Shown: piece after piece, positions 30,269 to 41,534 of the stretch | Layout of the letters: every line of letters starts with the position of its first letter | How positions within the stretch are numbered: position 1 is the first letter of the stretch | Assembly (NCBI GenBank): GCA_036522275.1 | Contig: DATDGC010000003.1 | Location: 5,214-69,213 of the forward strand | Source: Burkholderiales bacterium | GTDB lineage: Bacteria > Pseudomonadota > Gammaproteobacteria > Burkholderiales > JAHFRG01 | Direction: 5' to 3' | Length of the DNA stretch: 64,000 nucleotides | Made by a program: the position numbers and the translations under genes | The notes under the pieces: model-generated | What the model was told of the DNA's origin: nothing | Databases searched by the model: none | Seen by the model: only the letters and a program-made list of their open reading frames with translations

Positions 30269-30908
30269 GGCTCACCGCCTTTTCAAATGCGTCAATGAGC
30301 GGCCTGATGGCCTCGCGTTTCAGTTTCAGCGCCGCTTGGTTAACGATGAGCCTGGCGGAAACCGGCGCGATTTCTTCCACTGCCTGCAGGTTGTTGGCTT
30401 TTAGCGTGTTGCCGGTGCTCACCAGATCCACGATAGCATCGGCCAGCCCGGTGAGCGGGGCAAGTTCCATCGAGCCGTAGAGCTTGACGAGATCAACATG
30501 CACGCCTTTCGCCGCGAAATGTTCGCGCGCGGTTTGCAGGTATTTGGTGGCGACGCGCAGCCGCGCGCCCTCCCGCACCGCGCTTGCATAATCAAAACCC
30601 GCGGGCACTGCCACCACCATGCGGCAGCGGGCGATGTTCAAATCCAGCGGCTGGTACAGCCCGGCGCCGCCGTGCTCGTCCAGCACGTCCTTACCGGCAA
30701 TACCCAGTTCCGCAGCGCCGTATTGAACGTAAGTGGGCACGTCGGAAGCGCGCACGATGATGATGCGGATGTCAGCGCGGTTAGTGGCAAGTATCAGCTT
30801 GCGCGAGATTTCCGGATTGTCGAGCGCAACGATGCCCGCCGCTTTCAAGAGCGGCAAGGTCTCGTCGAAAATACGGCCTTTGGATAAGGCGAGGGTAATG
30901 CCTGACAC
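30261..30908 (-). CDS. hisG: ATP phosphoribosyltransferase, short form (HisZ-dependent type)
   Basis: 215 aa beginning [10 protein letters not shown]. It lacks the C-terminal regulatory domain of long HisG. Confidence 0.92.
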   Translation of the reverse strand: MSGITLALSKGRIFDETLPLLKAAGIVALDNPEISRKLILATNRADIRIIIVRASDVPTYVQYGAAELGIAGKDVLDEHGGAGLYQPLDLNIARCRMVVAVPAGFDYASAVREGARLRVATKYLQTAREHFAAKGVHVDLVKLYGSMELAPLTGLADAIVDLVSTGNTLKANNLQAVEEIAPVSARLIVNQAALKLKREAIRPLIDAFEKAVSHG

Positions 30909-30980
30909 GGCGGTCTCTATAAACTAAAAAACGCATTTTACCGCAGAGAACAGGCGGCGCGGAGAAGTTTTCTTTGAAAA

Positions 30981-32455
<1,475 letters not shown>

Positions 32456-32463
32456 AAGGGTGT

Positions 32464-33219
32464 TTAATAGCGTAACTTGTAACCGATTTTGAGCAACCAC
32501 AAGGTAAGCAATGATAAGACTAAGAAACAGCTTGCGACAACGGCGATGCTCAAGCCTGGCGCAACATCGGAAAGCCCGAAGAAGCCGTAACGGAAGCCGT
32601 CAATCATGTAGAAAAAAGGATTGAAATGCGACGCCACCTGCCAAAATTGCGGCAGTGAATGTATCGAATAAAACACCCCGCTCAGGAAGGTCAGTGGAAT
32701 GATGATGAAATTCTGGAACGCAGCAAGCTGGTCGAACTTGTCGGCCCAGATGCCGGCGATGATCCCCATGGCGCCGAGGATTCCGCTTCCCAGAAACGCG
32801 AACAGCAACACCCACAACGGGTATGTTAACGGCACTGCGACAAACCACAGCGTGATTGCGAACACCCCCAACCCCACCAACAACCCGCGCACCATGGCCG
32901 CCAGCAGGTAAGCCAGGAAAAACTCCCCGTGCGACAGCGGTGGCAGAAGGATAAAGATGATGTTTCCGGTGATCTTCGATTGAATCAGGCTGGAGGAGCT
33001 GTTGGCAAAAGCATTTTGCAGTACGGTCATCATCACCAGCCCTGGCACCAGGAATGCGGTATAGCTGACACTTTCATAAACCTGCACGTGCTCTTCCAGA
33101 ACGTGGGAAAAAATCAGCAAATACAACAGCGCGGTCACCATCGGCGCCAGTATGGTTTGGAAACCTACTTTCCAGAAGCGCAGCAGTTCTTTGTAGAACA
33201 GGGTCGAGAACCCGCGCAT
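32464..33219 (-). CDS. ABC-2 type exporter permease (YadH-like)
   Basis: 251 aa, 6 TM, ABC-2 family. Its start overlaps the stop of the ATPase gene. Confidence 0.85.
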   Translation of the reverse strand: MRGFSTLFYKELLRFWKVGFQTILAPMVTALLYLLIFSHVLEEHVQVYESVSYTAFLVPGLVMMTVLQNAFANSSSSLIQSKITGNIIFILLPPLSHGEFFLAYLLAAMVRGLLVGLGVFAITLWFVAVPLTYPLWVLLFAFLGSGILGAMGIIAGIWADKFDQLAAFQNFIIIPLTFLSGVFYSIHSLPQFWQVASHFNPFFYMIDGFRYGFFGLSDVAPGLSIAVVASCFLVLSLLTLWLLKIGYKLRY

Positions 33220-34118
33220 CAGTGCTTGCTCATTATTTTCACAAACACTTCTTCCAGGTCGGGCTGTAGTAACTCGATTTCCTGCGCCGCGATGCCCGCT
33301 TCGCGCAGCCGCAACATTACTTTTTCCAGTTCCGCATAATCGGGCAAAGCCAGCGTATAGCTTGATTCACTGCGCTGCGTGAGCAAAGACTGCAAATCGG
33401 CGGGCAGGTGATCCGGCGACAGACGCAACTTGATTCGGTGTCCGGAAAAACTTTCCAGAAGATTTTTGGTGGTGTCGAGCGCGACGATTTTCCCCTGTTT
33501 CATCATGGCGATGCGGCTGCATAGCGCTTCCGCCTCTTCCAGATAATGCGTGGTGAGCACAATGGTATGGCCGACGGCGTTAAGTTTTCTGATGAACTGC
33601 CAGAGTCCCTGACGCAGCTCCACATCCACTCCCGCAGTCGGCTCGTCAAGCACGATGACCGGCGGCTTGTGTACCAGCGCCTGAGCCACCAGCACGCGCC
33701 GCTTCATGCCCCCGGATAAAGCACGCATATTGGTATCGGCCTTGTCAGCAAGGTCCAGATGGTGAATCACCTCATCAATCCAGCCGCGATTATTTTTAAT
33801 CCCAAAATAACCGGATTGGATAGTGAGCGTCTCTCGAACCGTGAAAAAAGGATCGAACACCAGTTCCTGCGGCACCACGCCGAGCACACGCCGCGCTTCG
33901 CGGTATTGAGCGACGACGTCAAAGCCCATTACCGCAAGCTTACCGTGATCGGCGCGCGACAACCCGGCGAGGACATTGATGAGAGTGGTTTTGCCGGCGC
34001 CGTTGGGTCCCAAGAGCGCAAAGAACTCGCCCTGTGCAATTTCCAGGCTTACATTCCTCAGCGCCTGAACCAAACCAAAGTTTTTATGCACTTCTCTAAT
34101 TTGAATGGCGGGAGTCAT
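33219..34118 (-). CDS. ABC transporter ATP-binding protein (YadG-like)
   Basis: Walker [10 protein letters not shown], signature LSGGMKRR and Walker B VIVLDEPT. The ATG at 34118 (MTPAIQIREV) is preferred over the track start at 34154. Confidence 0.88.
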   Translation of the reverse strand: MTPAIQIREVHKNFGLVQALRNVSLEIAQGEFFALLGPNGAGKTTLINVLAGLSRADHGKLAVMGFDVVAQYREARRVLGVVPQELVFDPFFTVRETLTIQSGYFGIKNNRGWIDEVIHHLDLADKADTNMRALSGGMKRRVLVAQALVHKPPVIVLDEPTAGVDVELRQGLWQFIRKLNAVGHTIVLTTHYLEEAEALCSRIAMMKQGKIVALDTTKNLLESFSGHRIKLRLSPDHLPADLQSLLTQRSESSYTLALPDYAELEKVMLRLREAGIAAQEIELLQPDLEEVFVKIMSKH

Positions 34119-34202
34119 GTATCGTGCTGAGGTGTGAAACCGGGGAGAAAACAACTAAGAAACCTGATTATTCGTTTACCGATAGCCCTGCTCCTTCGGT
34201 TC

Positions 34203-34493
34203 TTACCCCTCGCCACAAAAGGGTATTAATTCCAGTACACCGTAGACCGAGGCAAGGCTTTTCATATTATCCGGCATATTGACTACGCACAGTTGCAAGT
34301 TGCGGCTTTTGGAAACACGCAGCCATTCAAGTACCATACTGATGGCAGCAGAATCCACCTCATCCAGCCCGCTGAAATCAATTTGCTTAAGTTCGGGATT
34401 GAGCTGCTGCAGGCCTGCCTCGAGCACCGACATCACGTTACCGATGGTGACCGGGCCTTGCACCCGTAACCGGCTGCCGTCACGAACAATCAT
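34203..34493 (-). CDS. mlaB: STAS-domain protein MlaB
   Basis: 96 aa with a STAS fold, last gene of the mla operon. Confidence 0.8.
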   Translation of the reverse strand: MIVRDGSRLRVQGPVTIGNVMSVLEAGLQQLNPELKQIDFSGLDEVDSAAISMVLEWLRVSKSRNLQLCVVNMPDNMKSLASVYGVLELIPFCGEG

Positions 34494-35140
34494 TTTGTTT
34501 CCGACAGTACCTGCAGGTTGGCCGGTTTTTCCTCGCCGCTTTCGAGTTTTTCATTCTTGTCCATCAACGTCTTAATCAACCCGTCTATGCCTGAACGGTT
34601 GATTTCATTGTTGAACGTACTGCGGTAATTCGTCACCAGGCTGATCCCGGCCACAATCACGTCGTAAACTTTCCAGCCTTGCTGTGTCTTTTCCAAGCTG
34701 TAATCGATCACGATTGGCTGCCCGCCGGGCTGGTTAATCTCCACTTTAACTGTCGCATCATCGCCCTTGACATCGGCGGTCTTCACTTCGTAGGTCTGGT
34801 CCTTGTAGTTGGTGAGCGCAGAGGAATAAGTGCGTACCAGTAACGTACGAAATTCTTTTACCAGCGCCTGCTGTTGTTCCGGCGTGGCGGTGCGCCAGTT
34901 TTTACCCACCGCGAGCCGGGTGATGCGGGTGAAATTGAAATGTGGCAGGATTTTCGTTTCCACCAGATCCACAAGTTTTTTGCGGTCGCCGGTCTGGATT
35001 TCCTTGTCCTTTTTAATAATGTCCAGCACCTCTTTAGAGGTGTTCCGCACCAGCACATCCGGTGGCACAATGTCCGCGGCCAGCGTCAAGCCACTCGCGA
35101 ATGCCGCCAGCACCAGTAGCAACTTCGGGATAATTTTCAT
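34490..35140 (-). CDS. mlaC: Periplasmic phospholipid-binding protein MlaC (Ttg2D family)
   Basis: 216 aa with a signal peptide and Tol-tolerance/MlaC-like sequence. Confidence 0.85.
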   Translation of the reverse strand: MKIIPKLLLVLAAFASGLTLAADIVPPDVLVRNTSKEVLDIIKKDKEIQTGDRKKLVDLVETKILPHFNFTRITRLAVGKNWRTATPEQQQALVKEFRTLLVRTYSSALTNYKDQTYEVKTADVKGDDATVKVEINQPGGQPIVIDYSLEKTQQGWKVYDVIVAGISLVTNYRSTFNNEINRSGIDGLIKTLMDKNEKLESGEEKPANLQVLSETK

Positions 35141-35610
35141 TTCTTGTCACCTTCAGCTTTGTTGAATAAAAACTGGCCAATTAACTTTTCCAGCACTATC
35201 GCAGACTGGGTTTTCTTGATGGTTTCCCCCGCCTGCAGAATTTCGCTGTCGCCTCCCGCATCCAGCCCCACATACTGATCACCGAGCAAACCGGATGTGA
35301 GGATGCTGGCGAAAGTGTCCTTGGGAAACTGATAACGATTCTCGAGACTTAAAGTTACTCTCGCCACGTAGTCCTTGTTGTCAAAGCGGATTTCAGCGAC
35401 GCGTCCGACCACCACTCCGGCGCTTTTCACTGGCGCGCGCACTTTTAAGCCCCCGATGTTCTCAAAATTGGCATACAGCACGTAATTATCACTAGACAAG
35501 CTAAAGCTGCTAAGGTTGCCGACTTTGAATGCCAGCATGAACAAGGCGACGATTCCGGCAAAGACGAATACGCCTGCCCACAAATCGAGCGTTTTAGATC
35601 CCATCACCAT
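35137..35610 (-). CDS. mlaD: MCE-domain protein MlaD
   Basis: M(VM)GSKTLDLWAGVFVFAGIVALFMLAFKVGN followed by an MCE domain. The start is at 35610 or 35604 and overlaps the mlaE stop. The track start at 35721 is inside mlaE. Confidence 0.88.
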   Translation of the reverse strand: MVMGSKTLDLWAGVFVFAGIVALFMLAFKVGNLSSFSLSSDNYVLYANFENIGGLKVRAPVKSAGVVVGRVAEIRFDNKDYVARVTLSLENRYQFPKDTFASILTSGLLGDQYVGLDAGGDSEILQAGETIKKTQSAIVLEKLIGQFLFNKAEGDKK

Positions 35611-36407
35611 CCTCCAAGCATAAAAGCTGTCAACACAAAATCCAGCGCCAAAACCGCTAGCGACGAGATAACCACGGTGCGCGTGGTGGCACGCGACACG
35701 CCCTCCGCCGTGGGGTTGCAATCATAGCCTTCAAACAAGGCGGTCAGCGTCACCGTCACGCCAAACACCAGGCTTTTGATCGCGCCGTTCAGTACATCAT
35801 CAAACACATCCACTCCAGCCTGCATTTGTGCCCAGAACGCGCCTTCATCCACGCCGATCAGCACCACGCCCACGATATAGCCGCCGAACACGCCGACTAT
35901 GCTGAAGATCGCAGCGAGCAGCGGCATCGAGATCACACCCGCCCAGAAGCGCGGCGCTACCACGCGGGCAATCGGATCCACCGCCATCATTTCCATCGCG
36001 GAGAGCTGCTCGGTGGCTTTCATCAGGCCGATTTCGGCGGTAATCGCGGTGCCGGCACGCCCGGCAAACAACAACGCGGTCACCACCGGCCCCAGCTCGC
36101 GCACCAAAGAGAGCGCAACCAGCAGACCCAGCGCTTGTTCAGACGCGTATTTCTGCAGGGTATTGTAGCCTTGCAGTCCCAGCACGAAACCGACGAACAG
36201 CCCCGATACTATAATAATAATCAGCGAATAGACACCGACGAAATAAATTTCGCGGGTGATCAGTCCGAAGCGCCGGAAACTGGTCCCGGAATGAATGAGT
36301 GTAGCCCAGAGAAAACGGCTCTCAAGGCCGAGCCGCCACACGCTGTTTACTGCCCAGCCGCCCAGCGCTTGCAGCCCGTCGGGGATCGCCTTAACCACCG
36401 ATTTCAC
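35604..36407 (-). CDS. mlaE: Phospholipid ABC transporter permease MlaE
   Basis: Colinear with E. coli MlaE (REIYFVGVYSLIIIIVSGLFVGFVLGLQGY...MKATEQLSAMEMMAVDP). The start is ambiguous: GTG at 36407 or 36398, or ATG at 36428. The track start at 36599 lies deep inside mlaF. Confidence 0.88.
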   Translation of the reverse strand: MKSVVKAIPDGLQALGGWAVNSVWRLGLESRFLWATLIHSGTSFRRFGLITREIYFVGVYSLIIIIVSGLFVGFVLGLQGYNTLQKYASEQALGLLVALSLVRELGPVVTALLFAGRAGTAITAEIGLMKATEQLSAMEMMAVDPIARVVAPRFWAGVISMPLLAAIFSIVGVFGGYIVGVVLIGVDEGAFWAQMQAGVDVFDDVLNGAIKSLVFGVTVTLTALFEGYDCNPTAEGVSRATTRTVVISSLAVLALDFVLTAFMLGGW

Positions 36408-37203
36408 CCAGCCCCATGTCCTGGGCATAAGGCTTGCCCGAATAATGAAACGGTACCGGACCATCCATTTCCGCATGCACAAACTGGTGTACGAACGGCA
36501 GCGCAGACGCACGGATTTCATCGGGAGTGCCCTGCGCCACCACCGCGCCCTCTGAAACAAAATAGATATAATCCACGATCGCCAACGTTTCCTGCACATC
36601 GTGCGTCACCACGATCGAGGTCGCGCCCAGCGCGTCATTCAAGCGCCTGATGAGGTTGGCGATAACGCCGAGCGAAATCGGATCTAGGCCAGCGAAAGGC
36701 TCGTCATACATGATGAGCATGGGATCGAGCGCAATCGCGCGCGCAAGTGCCACGCGTCGCGACATGCCACCGGAGATGGCGGAGGGCATGAGGTGGCGCG
36801 CGCCACGCAAGCCCACAGCATGCAGCTTCATCAGCACCAGGTCGCGGATCAGCGGCTCAGGCAAATCGGTGTGCTCACGCAGCGGAAATGCGACATTATC
36901 AAACACCGATAAATCGGTGAACAAAGCACCGAATTGAAACAGCATCCCCATGCGCCGACGCATGCGGTACAGGTCGTCATGTCCCAATTCATGGATGGTC
37001 TGGCCGGCCACCCTGACCGAGCCCGTTGCGGGCTGCAACTGGCCGCCAATGAGCCGCAGCAGCGTAGTCTTGCCGCAACCGCTGCCTCCCATGATGGAAA
37101 CTACCCGGCCCTTGGCAACGCGCATATTCATTCCCTTGAGGATGGGGCGCTTGTCGTAGGCAAAATTGACGTTGTTTATTTCAACCAGATGTTCCGTGGG
37201 CAC
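36391..37203 (-). CDS. mlaF: Phospholipid ABC transporter ATP-binding protein MlaF
   Basis: 270 aa with GGSGCGKTT, ISGGMSRRVALARA and IMYDEPFAGLDP. Confidence 0.92.
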   Translation of the reverse strand: MPTEHLVEINNVNFAYDKRPILKGMNMRVAKGRVVSIMGGSGCGKTTLLRLIGGQLQPATGSVRVAGQTIHELGHDDLYRMRRRMGMLFQFGALFTDLSVFDNVAFPLREHTDLPEPLIRDLVLMKLHAVGLRGARHLMPSAISGGMSRRVALARAIALDPMLIMYDEPFAGLDPISLGVIANLIRRLNDALGATSIVVTHDVQETLAIVDYIYFVSEGAVVAQGTPDEIRASALPFVHQFVHAEMDGPVPFHYSGKPYAQDMGLGEIGG

Positions 37204-37359
37204 GATTATGAATGGTACGCAGGTCCGGAAAGCTGAATTTTAAACTAGTTATACTAAATATAAAAATCGGACAAAATTTGCCGCATTGGCAATAGACGGC
37301 ACTTCCTCGTAGCGTGTTACCATGAGGCGAAACCAGAGGGATTTCGGACCCCGGCAGCC

Positions 37360-38100
37360 ATGCACACACACGCCCTGCAATTTATTAATATCAGCAAGAA
37401 TTTCGGAACATACCCTGCACTCATAGAGGTAGCCTTCAGCGTCGAGAGCGGCGAATATTTTGCTCTGGTCGGAATTAACGGCGCCGGCAAAACCACGCTC
37501 TTAAAATGCCTGCTGGATTTTTGTGAACCGAATGCGGGTAAGATTGAGATTTTCGGCACTTCCCACCGCCTGACCGCTTCGCGCAAACGCCTGTCTTTCC
37601 TGCCCGAGCGTTTTATACCCCCGTTTTACTTAACGGGAACGGACTTCCTGCAATACATGTTGAAGCTGCAGGGATTGCCATATGATACAACCCGGGTTGA
37701 GGACATGCTTGCTGCGCTTGATCTTGATTTGACAGCGCTCCAGCTCCCAGTGCGCGCCTACTCCAAGGGCATGACGCAGAAGCTGGGGCTTGCGGCGTGC
37801 TTTCTCGCCAGCAAGGAACTCTATGTGCTGGATGAGCCTACCAGCGGCCTCGACCCCAAGGCGCGTGCTCGTCTGAAAGCGAAATTCAAGGATTTGCGCA
37901 ATCAAGCACGCACCGTGTTCTTCACTTCGCATACGCTCGCCGACGTGGAGGAAATCTGCGACCGCATGGCAGTAATCCATGCCGGCCGCCTGCTGTTTGT
38001 GGGCACCCCGCAACAGTTGTGCCGCCTCCACGCAGCGCCAAACCTGGAACAGGCATTCTTGTCCTGCATAGGCGAGCCAGGGACCATGACGGGGAATTAG
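37360..38100 (+). CDS. Orphan ABC transporter ATP-binding protein (ABC-2/CcmA-like)
   Basis: 246 aa with Walker A GINGAGKTT, signature YSKGMTQKLGLA and Walker B LYVLDEPTSGLD. No permease gene is adjacent. Its TAG stop is the first triplet of repeat unit B. Confidence 0.88.
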   Translation: MHTHALQFINISKNFGTYPALIEVAFSVESGEYFALVGINGAGKTTLLKCLLDFCEPNAGKIEIFGTSHRLTASRKRLSFLPERFIPPFYLTGTDFLQYMLKLQGLPYDTTRVEDMLAALDLDLTALQLPVRAYSKGMTQKLGLAACFLASKELYVLDEPTSGLDPKARARLKAKFKDLRNQARTVFFTSHTLADVEEICDRMAVIHAGRLLFVGTPQQLCRLHAAPNLEQAFLSCIGEPGTMTGN

Positions 38101-38240
38101 GGAACCTCTGATTAAGTCCTCCGCGGATTGCGTTGCTGGCAAAATGCGGCGTCTGCGGTGTTGCTCGGGCTAGCGTTACTACGGAGTAGCGTTGCGCCCT
38201 CGCGCCTTGCATCCGTATCTTTGGGACAGCAACGCAAAGG
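38098..38240 (+). repeat. Repeat unit B of the TA(A/G)GGAACC family, solo unit with inverted core
   Basis: TAGGGAACCTCTGATTAAGTCCTCCGCG followed by helix arms (38130-38138 GCGTTGCTG pairs with 38227-38235 CAGCAACGC). The core 38150-38212 matches the reverse complement of the core in units L and C. No right-hand inverted repeat was found. Confidence 0.8.
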
Positions 38241-38296
38241 TGCTTTACTATGTTAGAGACTCCAGGATTCTGGCAAAATGACCACGATCGTTTTGC

Positions 38297-39751
38297 ATGA
38301 ATGCAGGGAGAACGGTGGAAACTCAAGCTAAACCCGATTTGCTGATCGTTGACGACGACCCGCTCATCACCGATACGCTGAATTTTGTGTTGAGCAAGGA
38401 TTATGTTGTCTATGCCGCTGATTCACGCAACCAGGTAAAAAGCCTGCTGCGTCAGCTCGACAAACCGCCGCAGCTTGCGCTGATTGACCTTGGGCTACCG
38501 CCCACCCCGCACCGCCCCGACGAGGGTTTCCGCCTGATCAGCGAACTGCTGGCTTACGCGCCAGGCATCAAAATCGTGGTGCTGTCCGGCCAGAACGATG
38601 AGGCCAATGCGCGACATGCGCGCACCCTAGGCGCTATTGAATTTATCCCTAAGCCGTGTGACCCGGAAAAACTTAAGTCGCTGCTCGCCAAGGCGCTGCA
38701 ATTCCGCGATGTGGAACTGGTGGTGGCGCCCGCAGAGGGGGGAATCATCGGCGTAAGTTTAGTGATTGAAAAACTGCGCAATCAAATCGGCCAATATGCC
38801 AACGCGCCGTTTCCGGTGCTCATCGAAGGCGAGTCCGGCAGCGGCAAGGAACTCGTCGCCATTTCCTTGCATAGCTTGAGCGGCCGCAGGCAAAAACCGT
38901 ATCTGGCTCTTAATTGCGCAGCGATTTCCCCGAACCTGGTGGAACCGACGCTGTTCGGTTACAGCAAAGGATCTTTCACCGGCGCCACGGCGCCGCATTC
39001 CGGCTATTTTGAAGATGCAAAGGACGGCACGCTGTTCCTCGATGAAATCGGCGAACTGCCACAGGAATTGCAGGCGAAGCTTTTGCGAGTGCTGGAAAAT
39101 GGCGAATACCAGCGCGTCGGTGAAACTGCAAGCCGCACCAGCAACGCGCGCGTGGTTGCCGCCACCAACCGCGACCTGCGCCAGGAAATCAAGGCCGGCC
39201 GCTTTCGTGCCGACCTGTATCATCGCCTGAGCGTATTCAGCATCACCGTGCCATCGCTACGCGAGCTGGATGAAGACAAACTAACGCTGCTCGACCATTA
39301 CAGCGATTTTTATTCACGCCAGAGCCGGGTTGCGCCATTTAATCTGGATGAGAAATCGCTGGCCCTGTGGCGGGATTATTGCTTTCCCGGTAATGTGCGG
39401 GAATTGCGCAATATCGTGATTCGCCTCACCACTAAATATCCTGGACAGGCCGTCGGGACCGCGCAATTGCAGGGCGAGCTGGACATGGAAAGTATGGATG
39501 CCAAAATGCCTGAGCCGATGATGGATCAGGACTCTAAAGCCCTGTTGGACGCGGCGAGAAAGCATTTGCAGACGCAAAAAAATTTCGGCCTGGATGTGAT
39601 GCTGCAACAATGGGAAAAAAGTTATGTGGAAGCCGCGCTCTCCATCACCCACGGCAACCTCTCGCAAGCCGCGAAGCTGCTGGGGGTGCGCCGCACCACC
39701 TTGTACAGCCGTATGCAACAATATGGCAATCTGGAGAATAAGGAAGATTAA
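38297..39751 (+). CDS. Sigma-54-dependent response regulator (REC, AAA+ and Fis-type HTH; PilR/PrsR-like)
   Basis: 484 aa. REC domain (LLIVDDDP...LIDLGLPP...KP), sigma-54 activator domain ([14 protein letters not shown]-like [22 protein letters not shown]) and a C-terminal HTH ([21 protein letters not shown]). An alternative GTG start lies at about 38315. Confidence 0.9.
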   Translation: MNAGRTVETQAKPDLLIVDDDPLITDTLNFVLSKDYVVYAADSRNQVKSLLRQLDKPPQLALIDLGLPPTPHRPDEGFRLISELLAYAPGIKIVVLSGQNDEANARHARTLGAIEFIPKPCDPEKLKSLLAKALQFRDVELVVAPAEGGIIGVSLVIEKLRNQIGQYANAPFPVLIEGESGSGKELVAISLHSLSGRRQKPYLALNCAAISPNLVEPTLFGYSKGSFTGATAPHSGYFEDAKDGTLFLDEIGELPQELQAKLLRVLENGEYQRVGETASRTSNARVVAATNRDLRQEIKAGRFRADLYHRLSVFSITVPSLRELDEDKLTLLDHYSDFYSRQSRVAPFNLDEKSLALWRDYCFPGNVRELRNIVIRLTTKYPGQAVGTAQLQGELDMESMDAKMPEPMMDQDSKALLDAARKHLQTQKNFGLDVMLQQWEKSYVEAALSITHGNLSQAAKLLGVRRTTLYSRMQQYGNLENKED

Positions 39752-39756
39752 TCCCG

Positions 39757-41358
39757 ATGTATTACGCTCATTTCGGCCTGACGCAACCGCCATTTAAGAT
39801 CACCCCCAACACTGAATTCTTTTTTCCCGGGGGTAACCGCGGCGCGATTCTCGACGCGCTGCTCTACGCCATCTCGAATGGCGAAGGCATAATCAAGGTG
39901 AGCGGCGAGGTGGGCAGCGGCAAAACCATGTTGTGCCGCATGCTGCAGACGTGCTTGCCACAGCAAATCGAGTCCGTCTATCTCGCCAATCCCAGCGTCT
40001 CCCCTGACGAAATCGTGCACGCCATCGCCTTTGAGTTGCAGTTGCCGATCGGGGGCAATATGCCGCGCATCAAAGTAATGCAGGAGCTGCTCAACTATCT
40101 GCTGGAGCGGCACGTGCAAAAGCGCCAGGTGGTAATTTTTGTCGAGGAATCGCAGAGCATGCCGCTCGCCACGCTTGAGGAAATACGCCTGCTCTCCAAT
40201 CTGGAAACCGGAAGCCACAAGCTATTACAGATCGTGCTTTTCGGCCAACCGGAGCTCGACGAAATCCTGCGCCAGCCGCAAATCCGTCAGTTGCGTGAAC
40301 GCATTACTTACAGCTTCTCGCTGACTCCGCTGAATGCCCAACAAATTAAAGAGTATCTGATGTTCCGCATGCGCGCCGCGGGCTACCGCGGCCCGGACCT
40401 GTTTTCCCCGGGCGTGGTGCACATGATCACCAAAGCCTCAGAGGGACTCACGCGCCGTGTGAACCTGCTTGCCGACAAGGCGCTGCTCGCGGCATTTGCA
40501 GACAGTACGCACACCATCAAGCCCAAGCATATCAAGGCAGCAATCCAGGACAGTGAATTTAGCAACGACATTGGGCAACGCCGCAGGCCGTTTCCCGGGT
40601 TGGCATGGCTTGTGTCCGGAATCGTACTCGGGGCATTGTTGTACGGTGCTTACCTCTCGGTCTGGCCAATACTCGAAATACCTTCCGATAATCAGCCCGC
40701 TGTCAGTGTCGCACCAGTTCCGCAAAGCGCACTGGTAAAGCCTGTCGCAGCTGAAGGAGCCCGACCGGACACAGCTGAACCGCCCGCAGAACCACCCTTA
40801 GCAAAACCACCCGTAGCGGAACCACCTGTAGCAGAATCACCCGCAGCGGAACCTCCCGCAGTTGCATCTAGCCCTTCCCAAGCTTCCGAGCAGGTTAGCG
40901 CGCAAAAAACCGGCACCGGAGAACTCGGCCTTCCGCTGCGGCTGTCCTCTGCGGTTACGCTAGCCCGAGCAAGCGCAGAGGTCAAACCTGATAAGCCGGC
41001 CCAACCCAAAGCGTACGACGCCACGTTTGAACAATATCCGATTCTGCAGCAGCGCATCGAAGCGGCGCAAAACGCGTTTGCCCAAGCCTCAGCGGATGAT
41101 TTCAGTATCCAACTGTTCCTCACCGACGAGGTGCGCCCGCCACGTATCGAACGCTTTCTTACGCGCGCCGCGAAGCTGATGAATCTCGAAGAAATTTACG
41201 TGTACCCGGTGAAGATAGGCGGACAAGCGAGATTCAGAGTGTTTTACGGAATCTATCCTTCGCAGCAGGAAGCCAGGGTGGCAGTGAGCCAACTTCCCGC
41301 TAGATACGCTGAATCGTTCCATCTGAGGCTGTTGAAAATAGGCGAATTTCAAAACTAG
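39757..41358 (+). CDS. mshM: ExeA/MshM-like AAA ATPase with TM segment, Pro-rich linker and C-terminal SPOR-like domain
   Basis: 533 aa. N-terminus MYYAHFGLTQPPFKITPNTEFFF, P-loop GEVGSGKTML, a DEAQ-like VEESQSM, a TM helix (WLVSGIVLGALLYGAYL), PPxAE repeats and a C-terminus FSIQLF...GGQARFRVFYGIYPSQQEARVAVSQLP that is SPOR-like. Confidence 0.8.
   Translation: MYYAHFGLTQPPFKITPNTEFFFPGGNRGAILDALLYAISNGEGIIKVSGEVGSGKTMLCRMLQTCLPQQIESVYLANPSVSPDEIVHAIAFELQLPIGGNMPRIKVMQELLNYLLERHVQKRQVVIFVEESQSMPLATLEEIRLLSNLETGSHKLLQIVLFGQPELDEILRQPQIRQLRERITYSFSLTPLNAQQIKEYLMFRMRAAGYRGPDLFSPGVVHMITKASEGLTRRVNLLADKALLAAFADSTHTIKPKHIKAAIQDSEFSNDIGQRRRPFPGLAWLVSGIVLGALLYGAYLSVWPILEIPSDNQPAVSVAPVPQSALVKPVAAEGARPDTAEPPAEPPLAKPPVAEPPVAESPAAEPPAVASSPSQASEQVSAQKTGTGELGLPLRLSSAVTLARASAEVKPDKPAQPKAYDATFEQYPILQQRIEAAQNAFAQASADDFSIQLFLTDEVRPPRIERFLTRAAKLMNLEEIYVYPVKIGGQARFRVFYGIYPSQQEARVAVSQLPARYAESFHLRLLKIGEFQN
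40777..40866 (+). repeat. Six tandem 15-bp units encoding a (E/K)PP(A/V/L)A pentapeptide linker
   Basis: gaaccgcccgcagaa / ccacccttagcaaaa / ccacccgtagcggaa / ccacctgtagcagaa / tcacccgcagcggaa / cctcccgcagttgca. Confidence 0.8.
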
Positions 41359-41534
41359 CTTCCGGATTTACGGAAATTACGCAAGTCTGGAATAAACCCC
41401 TGAATGTGCGGGTATAAAGCTTGTTGCTCTATATAGTTTGCCTAGAATGTTTAGATAAGTTGTAATAAAATCGTGCTAGGGTTAAGATTTATAGGGAATA
41501 TCATGTGTTGCTTGACATAAGGGACCGGGCAAAA

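Noticed and set aside
37328-37350. GCGAAACCAGAGGGATTTCGG upstream of the ABC ATPase shares AACCAGAGG with the right-hand terminus of the repeat family (GGACTTAACCAGAGGTTCC).
   Set aside because: Only a 9-mer core matches and the flanking terminus positions disagree. This is compatible with chance.
38138-38152. A sigma-54-like TGGCA...GC string inside the repeat units (CTGGCAAAATGCGGC), plus TGGCAAAATGACC...TTTTGCA upstream of the regulator gene (38270-38296).
   Set aside because: The GG-to-GC spacing is wrong: the -12 GC is out of register in the first case, and the spacing is 23 nt in the second. Sigma-54 promoters require a fixed spacing.
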